IMG/VR virus record: IMGVR_UViG_3300050138_000571
Span: 73,784-96,292 of that record
Length of the DNA: 22,509 nucleotides
Direction: 5' to 3' (one strand)
From: a virus
Program-made: the position numbers and the translations under genes
The notes under the pieces: generated by a model
Database searches by the model: none
What the model was told of the DNA's origin: nothing
The model's input: the letters and a program-made list of their open reading frames with translations, nothing else
In this document: in pieces, positions 15,816 through 22,509 of the stretch
Numbering within the stretch: position 1 is the stretch's first letter
Layout of the letters: each line of letters opens with the position of its first letter

Positions 15816-17071
15816 TGCAACTCCCGATCGGACCCATGCTTCCTACGGTCACGTTGATGGCAGTCGGGGCCGTCATGTACTTGCTCCGCGAGATCCCGAT
15901 ACGGTTGCTACATGCGATCGGCTGGGCATCGACCGTGACGTTGACCGTCAACAACGACGACCCTTGCTTCGACTGGATCAACGAGTGGCTCGCCACCCAT
16001 GCCTACGCCAAGAAAGCCAGGATGTTGAAAGTAGAGTCGGGGCGAGAATCGAGCGACCACTGGACGGTCTCTCCCGGCTACGGCACCCACTGGTTCTGGG
16101 ACGGGGGCCTCGTCATCATCACGCGGTCGGCCATGGAGAGCAAAACTGTGAGCTGGCGCCGACAAGAGTCCTTCATTATCCGCACCGTCGGCCGCAACCA
16201 AAGCCGCATCCGCAAGATCATTGACTACGCGAGCTACGTGCAGAAGCAGGCGGATAGCGTCGGGATCCGGATGTGGATCGGGGGTTCGTGGGCGAGGCTG
16301 CAGGGCAAGACCAAGCGCTCCTTCGACACCGTATACTTGCCCGCGACCACGAAAGCGGAGCTAGTCGACTGCACGCGCTGGTTCTTCGAGGAGCCGGAGT
16401 GGTTCTCCAAACGCGGGATCCCATACCGCCAGGGCTTCCTTTTCTTCGGGCCGCCGGGCACTGGTAAGACGACCGCCGTCATCGCTCTCGCCAGCAAATT
16501 CGGCAAGCCCATCTACATCCTCAACCTTGCCACGCTCAAGGACGACAACGAGCTGATGATGGCGCTGTCTGTGGTGCCACAGGGCGCGATCGTCCTCATC
16601 GAGGACGTGGACGCGGCAAAGGCCAGCGAGATCCGGACCGAGGACGCAGAAGAAGTCAAGGTCAGCAGCGGTGTTACACTCTCTGGCCTTCTCAACGCCA
16701 TCGACGGCGTTGCCGCCCCCGAAGGCCGTCTGCTCATCATGACCACGAACCACCCGGACAAGATCGACCCGGCCGTCATCCGTTCCGCGCGTGTGGACAA
16801 ACGCTTCTACTTCGGCCCCATGGATCGGGAGCTACCCATACAAATGGCGACGCGCTTCTTCCCTGACATGAATCCGGGCCTCCTCGACGCCATCGCCGCC
16901 ATCTCCAAAGAGTACCCGGCCGCGTCATGGCAGGATGCGTTCATGGCGATCGAGCGCGGCGGCAACATCGCCGACCTAGAAAAAGAGCTGGCCGTAGAGC
17001 GTCCAGTGATCTCGCCGCCACGCCCGCCCTCTGGCCCGAGCCTGGTCATGGGCGTTTCGAAGGCCCAGTAG
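15815..17071 (+). CDS. BCS1-like AAA+ ATPase with N-terminal membrane anchor
   Basis: N-terminal TM; BCS1_N-like (FDWINEWL...PGYGTHWFW...IITR); WF..RGIPYRQGFLFFGPPGTGKT (Walker A), LIEDVD (Walker B), VTLSGLLNAIDGV...IMTTNH...DPAVIR..RVD. Confidence 0.9.
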   Translation: MQLPIGPMLPTVTLMAVGAVMYLLREIPIRLLHAIGWASTVTLTVNNDDPCFDWINEWLATHAYAKKARMLKVESGRESSDHWTVSPGYGTHWFWDGGLVIITRSAMESKTVSWRRQESFIIRTVGRNQSRIRKIIDYASYVQKQADSVGIRMWIGGSWARLQGKTKRSFDTVYLPATTKAELVDCTRWFFEEPEWFSKRGIPYRQGFLFFGPPGTGKTTAVIALASKFGKPIYILNLATLKDDNELMMALSVVPQGAIVLIEDVDAAKASEIRTEDAEEVKVSSGVTLSGLLNAIDGVAAPEGRLLIMTTNHPDKIDPAVIRSARVDKRFYFGPMDRELPIQMATRFFPDMNPGLLDAIAAISKEYPAASWQDAFMAIERGGNIADLEKELAVERPVISPPRPPSGPSLVMGVSKAQ

Positions 17072-17073
17072 GG

Positions 17074-17085
17074 CGTTCGCTATAG
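17074..17085 (+). promoter_or_regulatory. CGTTCGCTATAG element #8
   Basis: 2 nt after stop 17071; spacer ACAGACC; ATG 17093. Confidence 0.9.
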
Positions 17086-17092
17086 ACAGACC

Positions 17093-17632
17093 ATGAAACA
17101 GATCGATTGGCTGCAGGTGACGTCGTCGGGCGGTAAGCCGTCGCTGGACACCAACCAGGTCCGGACCTCGCTTCAACGCGCAGGGTTCAGGGAAGGGGAT
17201 CTGGTCTCCGTAGTCCTAACCAGTGACTTATCCCAGGTCCCGGCGTCAGCGGAGGCCTTCGACCACGCAGCGTCATCGCAGATTTGCTCCGGCCAGCGCC
17301 GGACTCTCAATCACGACCCTCAACTGCCCTTCACCATCATCGAGAGAGACGCCGATCTCAGTGGCTACTGGCGGGTCAAGTTCGACGACAACCCGTTCGC
17401 CCGTGAAGGCAGCTTCGGGGAGGAGTACATCGCCAAGCGCAGCACCGTCGTCGAGGAAGTACCTGCGACGGAGCCCACGACGGAACCGCCATTCCGCTGG
17501 TGGATCTGCTTTCAGGGTCACATAGGTCCGAAACGCGGGCCCATGCGCCGGGTCCTGGCCCGCACTTCAGAAGGTGCCCTTTCTCTGGCGAACGAAGGCC
17601 ATGGCTACGCCGACACGGTGGTCCCTCTCTAA
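17093..17632 (+). CDS. Hypothetical protein
   Basis: Element-associated ATG; 179 aa. Confidence 0.7.
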   Translation: MKQIDWLQVTSSGGKPSLDTNQVRTSLQRAGFREGDLVSVVLTSDLSQVPASAEAFDHAASSQICSGQRRTLNHDPQLPFTIIERDADLSGYWRVKFDDNPFAREGSFGEEYIAKRSTVVEEVPATEPTTEPPFRWWICFQGHIGPKRGPMRRVLARTSEGALSLANEGHGYADTVVPL

Positions 17633-17655
17633 ATGAAGACCCGGCACTTCGTCAA

Positions 17656-17931
17656 ATGACCTGCGATCACTGCAGCGTTCCACTCGTCACGGTTCGAGCG
17701 ATGTCCGGCAAACCCTGGCAGGCGTGCCCGTTCAGTGACTGTCCTGGCCACGGCCGCGTCCTGGAGCCGTGCTACGGGAAGATGAGATGCTACGACGAGA
17801 TGGATTACGGAGACGGCGACTACGTGTGCTTCAAGGCCTGCAACGGCCACCTCTCTCAGGCCGTCTTCGACATGACTCTCTCTGGGATCTCCGCGAACCC
17901 TCGGCCACCGTACGAGCCGCGTTCGCTATAG
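17656..17931 (+). CDS. Cys-rich hypothetical protein; ends in RSL*
   Basis: MTCDHC...CPFSDCPGH...CYGKMRC...ACNGH; stop is the TAG of element #9. Confidence 0.65.
   Translation: MTCDHCSVPLVTVRAMSGKPWQACPFSDCPGHGRVLEPCYGKMRCYDEMDYGDGDYVCFKACNGHLSQAVFDMTLSGISANPRPPYEPRSL
17920..17931 (+). promoter_or_regulatory. CGTTCGCTATAG element #9
   Basis: Spacer GCTTGGT; ATG 17939. Confidence 0.9.
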
Positions 17932-17938
17932 GCTTGGT

Positions 17939-18277
17939 ATGACTCTTCCTCGCCGCTCCCGAGACCAGGTCACGGAGAAGATGCGCGGCGACGTACTCGC
18001 GCGTTACGGCCTCGACCTGAGCCTGGATTTTACTAACAACATCCTTGACGGCACCCCGGACCTGCTGGAAGACATGCAGGAGATGAACGTCGACACCGAC
18101 AACCGTGGGTGGTTCATAGGGAAGGTGTCGGAGGAAATCGACTGCGGGAAGTGGCCGAAGGGCAACTCGACCGACGAGGACTGGGAGGCCTTCAAGGCAC
18201 GACTCCGGATCAATCTGCCCAAGCACGGCCAGCGCTATGTCGAGGTCGAGGACCGGCCGGCGAGCGTCTGGTCATGA
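17939..18277 (+). CDS. Hypothetical protein
   Basis: Element-associated ATG; ATGA overlap. Confidence 0.7.
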   Translation: MTLPRRSRDQVTEKMRGDVLARYGLDLSLDFTNNILDGTPDLLEDMQEMNVDTDNRGWFIGKVSEEIDCGKWPKGNSTDEDWEAFKARLRINLPKHGQRYVEVEDRPASVWS

Positions 18278-18465
18278 AGAAGACCTGCGCACCCGAGTGC
18301 GGGAAACCATGCATCCACCTGGGGAACGCGTGGTGCACGCACACCAAGAGCGACCCGATCTGGTGGGGCACCCAGAAGTGCCGCGACGCCGGCCGCTGCG
18401 TGACCAAGCCTCGGAAGACGCCCTCGAAACCGAGTGGAAGACCTTCTTGGACGGGAAAGGGGTGA
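18274..18465 (+). CDS. Cys-rich small hypothetical protein
   Basis: MKKTCAPECGKPCIHLGNAWC; 3' frame uncertain, since the alternative frame ends at 18470 coupled to the next ATG. Confidence 0.5.
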   Translation: MKKTCAPECGKPCIHLGNAWCTHTKSDPIWWGTQKCRDAGRCVTKPRKTPSKPSGRPSWTGKG

Positions 18466-18469
18466 GCTG

Positions 18470-18955
18470 ATGGCCGAATTCGATATGCCGCTGGAAGTGA
18501 TCCTGTCTCCTGCCCAAAAGGCTGCGGTAGTTAGGGCCGTCCATCGGGAGGCGGCCATGGAGCGTGGGCGGAGCGCCTACCACTTCGCCAAGACGGCTAC
18601 GGCGAGGAAGATGAAGGACGAGGCGGTCCTGGCCGATGAGGTGGGAGGTGGCTACCGTCGCGGGTTCCTCGAAGCGAAGGCCGTGGACGAAGCCCCTCAG
18701 ACATCGGCGTCAGAGTACGTCCGCGCCAAGTTCGTCCTCGATCGCCTGGGTCCGGGCCAGCGCATCGTCATCGACGTAGAGGCCTTCGGGCCCAATGGCC
18801 TGCGCAAAGAGTGTTACGCCACGCTTTACGACAAGGGCCTGGAGACGCCCGAGAACGAGGAGGGCTTCGTGGCCGCCGCCGAGGTCGTGGACATCGATGA
18901 TTTGGGAGACGTGATCACCAAGCTCTTCGAGGATCCGGACGTGGGTTCGCTATAG
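18470..18955 (+). CDS. Hypothetical protein; ends in GSL*
   Basis: ATG 18470 after GGGGTGAG; stop is the TAG of element #10. Confidence 0.7.
   Translation: MAEFDMPLEVILSPAQKAAVVRAVHREAAMERGRSAYHFAKTATARKMKDEAVLADEVGGGYRRGFLEAKAVDEAPQTSASEYVRAKFVLDRLGPGQRIVIDVEAFGPNGLRKECYATLYDKGLETPENEEGFVAAAEVVDIDDLGDVITKLFEDPDVGSL
18944..18955 (+). promoter_or_regulatory. GGTTCGCTATAG element #10
   Basis: Spacer GCTGAGC; ATG 18963. Confidence 0.9.
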
Positions 18956-18962
18956 GCTGAGC

Positions 18963-19181
18963 ATGAAGATCGGTGACATTGTCCGGATCGTGCTCCAGCC
19001 CAAGAGCCAGTCAACCTATCTGGTCGGAGAGCGAGCGATCATCGAGGAGATGGAGGGCGGGTTCGCCGTCGCACGGAAACAGCGACAGCGTCGGATTCGA
19101 GAAGTTGCCAAGGCCCACGGCGTCAGCCCCAAGACGGCCTCAGCGATTTACAAAGCCTTGAATGTCGGAGGCGGATCATGA
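18963..19181 (+). CDS. Small protein: SH3/KOW-like start fused to an HTH-like end
   Basis: MKIGDIVRIV...LVGERAIIEE, then IREVAKAHGVSPKTASAIY. Confidence 0.6.
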   Translation: MKIGDIVRIVLQPKSQSTYLVGERAIIEEMEGGFAVARKQRQRRIREVAKAHGVSPKTASAIYKALNVGGGS

Positions 19182-19522
19182 GCCTCGCCCCTTGCTCTCA
19201 TCCTCACCTGAAGTTCCGAAACCAGGGCTCGATCTTGGCCTGCGTCGACTGCTCGCGGGTCTATCACATGCTGATGCCGCAGATTGGCGCCCTGTACGGC
19301 GGCATCCCCGACGTCTGCTACAACCACCCTCAGCTCAGCGAGATCGAGGGCCGCCATGCCCCGTACGCTTCTCCCCGGCTCCAGCCTTTGCCCAAGAGCC
19401 CGGCGAAGCCCCTGACTCCGAAGCCGGTTCAGGTCCAGCCCGTCAAGAAGGTGGCGGCGGTGCCGGCCCCCAAGCCCCGAAGCTCGGTGACGGCTCGGGA
19501 CCTGCTGCGGGGGAAGAAATGA
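19178..19522 (+). CDS. Hypothetical protein (CxH..CxxC, Pro/Lys-rich tail)
   Basis: ATGA overlaps at both ends. Confidence 0.65.
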   Translation: MSLAPCSHPHLKFRNQGSILACVDCSRVYHMLMPQIGALYGGIPDVCYNHPQLSEIEGRHAPYASPRLQPLPKSPAKPLTPKPVQVQPVKKVAAVPAPKPRSSVTARDLLRGKK

Positions 19523-19857
19523 ACCACCCACATCCATGGAAGCTCCAGCCCGAGAACGAGGGCACCGATGACATGGGCGCGATCCTGGACGCTGACGGTG
19601 CCGAGGTCTGCGACTTCGGCGGCTGCTCCCCGTACGATAACGTGAGCGGCACGCCCCCGACCGAGCCCTACGCCACCTTGATGGTCGTGGCTCCGGAGAT
19701 GGAGGACGTCCTGCGCGCCATCGTCGGCAAGGAGTGTCTGCCTGGCGAGTGCATTGAGTGCGGCTCCGACCTACAGAGGGGCGAAGATCATGACGACGAC
19801 TGCAAGCTGAACAACCTCCTGGTCAAGATCGACATCGCCAGGAAGGCCGCGAAATGA
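19519..19857 (+). CDS. Phage hypothetical protein
   Basis: MNHPHPWK...ATLMVVAPEMEDVL...CIECG...HDDDCKL. Confidence 0.7.
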   Translation: MNHPHPWKLQPENEGTDDMGAILDADGAEVCDFGGCSPYDNVSGTPPTEPYATLMVVAPEMEDVLRAIVGKECLPGECIECGSDLQRGEDHDDDCKLNNLLVKIDIARKAAK

Positions 19858-20111
19858 GCGATCCCAAGCTGACCGAAACCGGCATCCGGCCCCTGCGCAA
19901 ATACGGGGCCGAGCTGCGGGACCTGGCCATTGACATCGTCAACCGGTTGGACGAGATGCAGAAAGAGGAAGACGGGGGCGAGCCGATCTCTTACGTCGAG
20001 ACCGCGATCTGGAACGCGCTGTTCGGCTTTGACGCGACCATACCCGTCGACAAAAGGATCGCCAGCCTCCAGCGCGACCTCGACTACGCCCGAAGCAAGG
20101 CCGCGCCGTAG
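19854..20111 (+). CDS. Hypothetical protein
   Basis: ATGA overlap. Confidence 0.65.
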   Translation: MSDPKLTETGIRPLRKYGAELRDLAIDIVNRLDEMQKEEDGGEPISYVETAIWNALFGFDATIPVDKRIASLQRDLDYARSKAAP

Positions 20112-20162
20112 TCACCAGGCCTGAGTTCGCAGGAGCTGGATCAGATCTACTTCTACTTACCC

Positions 20163-20174
20163 CGTTCGCTATAG
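20163..20174 (+). promoter_or_regulatory. CGTTCGCTATAG element #11
   Basis: Spacer GCAGATC; ATG 20182; 25-bp identity with the element #5 region. Confidence 0.9.
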
Positions 20175-20181
20175 GCAGATC

Positions 20182-20403
20182 ATGACCGCATCCGCAAAGC
20201 CGTACCGCCCGGCCGACTTCACGATCCCGATGCGGATTCCATGCCCCGCCTGTGGCGAGCTACACATCGACGAAGGCGAGTTCGCGACCCAGCCGCACCA
20301 CACCCACGCCTGTCAGAAGTGCGGCAACGTCTGGCGTCCCGCAATCGTGCCCACCGTCGGCGTCCGCTTCCTGCCCGGCTTCAAGGACGAGGCCAAGCCA
20401 TGA
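20182..20403 (+). CDS. Zn-ribbon phage protein
   Basis: CPACGELHID...PHHTHACQKCGNVWRPA..PTVGV.FL. Confidence 0.75.
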   Translation: MTASAKPYRPADFTIPMRIPCPACGELHIDEGEFATQPHHTHACQKCGNVWRPAIVPTVGVRFLPGFKDEAKP

Positions 20404-20948
20404 CCCCCGAGCCAGGCCAGCTCTATCGGCCCCTTATGTGTCCCGACGTGCTCTGGATCGTGATGGCGGTTGAACTGGGCACCGAGTACCCGGTCAAGGT
20501 CCGACGCTGCGACGCCACCGACCAAACCCACGTCGGCAGATACTCTCTCGCGTACTTTGCTGAGGCCATGGAGCGGATGACAGTCACCCATATCCACTGC
20601 CCCGGCTGCGCCGAGACCTCCACCCTACGCGAGCAACTGGCCGAGGCCGAGCGTTATCGCGGACTGGCTAATGAGGCTGGTGACGCCGCGCTCGCCCGTC
20701 GCGTCGCCTCCCCGGCAGCGCCGATGAGCGAGGTCCATACCGAGGCGATGGAGTGGGAGTCGTGCCCGAGATGCGGGGGCCCCGCAGGCGCACCGATCAT
20801 CACCGGCAAGGAAGAGGTGACGACGCCGGGATCGAAGACTCGGATCTTCGATCATAGGCTGGACGACAAAGTGATGGCGGCCCTCAGCCTCGGCAAGTCC
20901 AAGCTTCCTGCCCGATACCGGCTCCGGCTCCGGCTCCGGGGGCACTGA
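20400..20948 (+). CDS. Hypothetical protein, multi-domain
   Basis: ATGA overlap; CPGC and CPRC motifs; ends in a (CCGGCT)3 microsatellite. Confidence 0.6.
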   Translation: MTPEPGQLYRPLMCPDVLWIVMAVELGTEYPVKVRRCDATDQTHVGRYSLAYFAEAMERMTVTHIHCPGCAETSTLREQLAEAERYRGLANEAGDAALARRVASPAAPMSEVHTEAMEWESCPRCGGPAGAPIITGKEEVTTPGSKTRIFDHRLDDKVMAALSLGKSKLPARYRLRLRLRGH

Positions 20949-20974
20949 TTGCAATTTCCGCCGGTGCCGCGACC

Positions 20975-21361
20975 GTGATCATGAAAAAGACGATGGGCTG
21001 GATCGGGGTAATCCGCTGCGGCCTTCACTCCGGCTTCCCCCGCTGCTGCATCCGGTTCTTCCTCGGGCCCTGGTCCAAGATGTCGCTAGTCGAGCGCCGC
21101 CAGTACCTGCAGTCACCCGGGCCCGGCTACGTGCCTTGCCCAGCCTGCGTTGCCGCCGACAACTTCGTCAAGGCAAAGAGCTGCCCGGTCGGCAGCCACG
21201 GCGGGAACGTAGTCGGACGTTTCGAGGCCGTGTACGAGAGGCAGGTCGACGGCACCGCGCTGCTGAAGTCGGGCGAGTACTTTTACAGGGACAAGCCCGG
21301 GAGCTTCCGACTGCAGGTGGTGAACGGCCATTACGTCGAGATCCCGGGGCGTTCGCTATAG
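20975..21361 (+). CDS. Cys-rich phage protein; ends in RSL*
   Basis: CGLHSGFPRCCIRFF...GYVPCPAC; start 20975 or 20981; stop is the TAG of element #12. Confidence 0.7.
   Translation: MIMKKTMGWIGVIRCGLHSGFPRCCIRFFLGPWSKMSLVERRQYLQSPGPGYVPCPACVAADNFVKAKSCPVGSHGGNVVGRFEAVYERQVDGTALLKSGEYFYRDKPGSFRLQVVNGHYVEIPGRSL
21350..21361 (+). promoter_or_regulatory. CGTTCGCTATAG element #12
   Basis: Spacer GCTGGGC; ATG 21369. Confidence 0.9.
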
Positions 21362-21368
21362 GCTGGGC

Positions 21369-21545
21369 ATGAGTAGACGCAGCCGCCGCACCAGAAAACA
21401 GCGACGCCAGAACCGGGCCGTGATGAAGCACGGACCCAGTGCCAAGCCGAGACACAAGCTGATCTCGGGGCGCACTGGGTCCTCGCACCACAAGAAGACG
21501 CCGGCAAAGGTCAGACTCCTGTCCCAGGCCGAGTCAAATTCATGA
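21369..21545 (+). CDS. 58-aa highly basic peptide (below the ORF track cutoff)
   Basis: MSRRSRRTRKQRRQNRAVMKHGPSAKPRHKLISGRTGSSHHKKTPAKVRLLSQAESNS*; element-associated ATG. Confidence 0.6.
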   Translation: MSRRSRRTRKQRRQNRAVMKHGPSAKPRHKLISGRTGSSHHKKTPAKVRLLSQAESNS

Positions 21546-22509
21546 CCCCTACTTTTCCGAAACCCCCGCCAAAAATTTTTCCAGCCCCAGCTCCAAAAGT
21601 CCCGAGCCCCCGGCACCCCCTCGGCCCCCAGGTGTCCTTTCCCAAGGGCCCGATCGTGTTCAGGCCCGCACCTTCCAGCCCTACCCAGATCCCGGACCCC
21701 GGCAAGCGATTACAGCCCCCATCAACCTGACCTAGGCCTGGAGCCGTTCCCTGCCAGTAGTGCCCTTGCAGCCGATCGTACCTTCAGCGGAGTCCGATGC
21801 TGCCCAAGCTGCGGCCTCGTGGCTTGCGACTGGAGCCCAGTTGTGATCGGCTGGGATCTGCGCCCGACCAAGTTGCGATCGGCTGCTGTACGTTGAGCTG
21901 GACCCGATCCAATTGAAGCTGGTGCGGGCGGCGGAGCCTGTTTCGGAGGCGGCCGGGTTCTGGGTTTTGGAGTGTGTGTCTGACTGCGGGGGACCCAACC
22001 CGGGTAGGCCTGGAAAAGGGGACCCTACCGGGAAACGATACCCCACGTGTCGGCCCCACCCATGGCCAGCGCTCGCAACGCGTCAGACTCGGCGCGCTAT
22101 CCTACTCCTGCCTACCCTCCTACCGGTACGCTTGGCAGCGTCTAAGCATATGCGGGCGCGCAGTAGTGCCTATGTATGTGGGATCATTAGGTGCAAGCGC
22201 GTCAAGCGGCGTACTCAAAATCCGCACCACCTACATCAATAGATCCTGTTTTTGATGACACACGGACATGTCAAGGTCGATCTGCTCCTAGACCCGATCC
22301 ATCGCAAACGACCCTATTAGGTGCCTTAGCTGCCCTAGCCGCTAGCAGCGTCGGCGCACATAGGCAGAGCGCCTCAGGCCCCAAACGCAAAACGCCAGCC
22401 TGGCCAGGCTGGCGCTACAATGTGACGCGGTACGTTGATTATTCAGGGGCTTGATCAGCTGCGCGGTACCCGAAACCGCCTCTTTCGCTTCGCTCTTTCG
22501 GCTAGTTGG

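Noticed and set aside
20918-20939. (CCGGCT)3 microsatellite as a phase-variation tract
   Set aside because: Unit length is a multiple of 3, at the extreme 3' end of the gene, and only about 3.7 copies.
4916-21361. CRISPR array
   Set aside because: The repeat is only 12 bp, spacing is irregular (0.3-3.8 kb) and filled with genes; no cas genes.
2843-21361. Canonical integron (IntI + attC)
   Set aside because: No RYYYAAC...GTTRRRY imperfect palindromes at the boundaries, GTTCGCT does not fit GTTRRRY, and the integrase has a phage-type arm-binding N-terminus. Only the layout is integron-like.
4916-21361. Shufflon (Rci/sfx)
   Set aside because: All array copies are direct repeats at gene starts, not inverted repeats swapping C-termini of one gene.
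4956-21705. Numerous minus-strand ORFs across the array
   Set aside because: Antisense shadows typical of high-GC DNA; plus-strand genes tile the region with coupled start/stop overlaps.
21542-21730. Pro-rich 62-aa ORF
   Set aside because: Likely a by-product of C-rich low-complexity DNA; the ATGA overlap means it cannot be fully excluded.
1-22509. tRNA, rRNA, reverse transcriptase/DGR, IS transposase
   Set aside because: No T-arm cloverleaf, no YxDD RT motif, no long TR/VR-type repeat pair and no DDE transposase seen.

Overview
High-GC window from a large tailed (probably myovirus-like, possibly temperate) phage or prophage. Left end (1-2773, mostly minus strand): a partial baseplate/tail-initiator-like gene missing from the ORF track, a truncated HNH paralog, a small basic protein and a small virion-like protein with terminators. 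Next come a tyrosine integrase (2843-4069, minus) and a divergent HNH endonuclease. These are followed by a ~17 kb plus-strand run of about 40 short, often translationally coupled accessory genes, including an excisionase-like HTH, a C39-like peptidase, an SMR/DMT-like membrane protein, an HD (p)ppGpp-hydrolase-like protein, a YkgJ protein, a BCS1-like AAA ATPase and many Cys-rich hypotheticals. Main observation: a 12-bp element (C/G)GTTCGCTATAG occurs 14 times. The 12 plus-strand copies sit 7 nt (once 6 nt) before an ATG and cut the array into 12 modules; one minus-strand copy precedes the integrase itself. Its TAG is the stop codon of the upstream gene in 6 of 12 cases, and 5 more upstream genes end within 5 nt of it. 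It is either a phage-specific single-box leaderless promoter, a cassette-junction/recombination site in an integron-like layout, or both; the sequence alone cannot decide. Also seen: a perfect 41-bp inverted repeat bracketing the integrase segment, a palindrome cluster at ~14.3 kb, and two candidate structured RNAs. All protein calls are from motif recognition only; no database searches were run.
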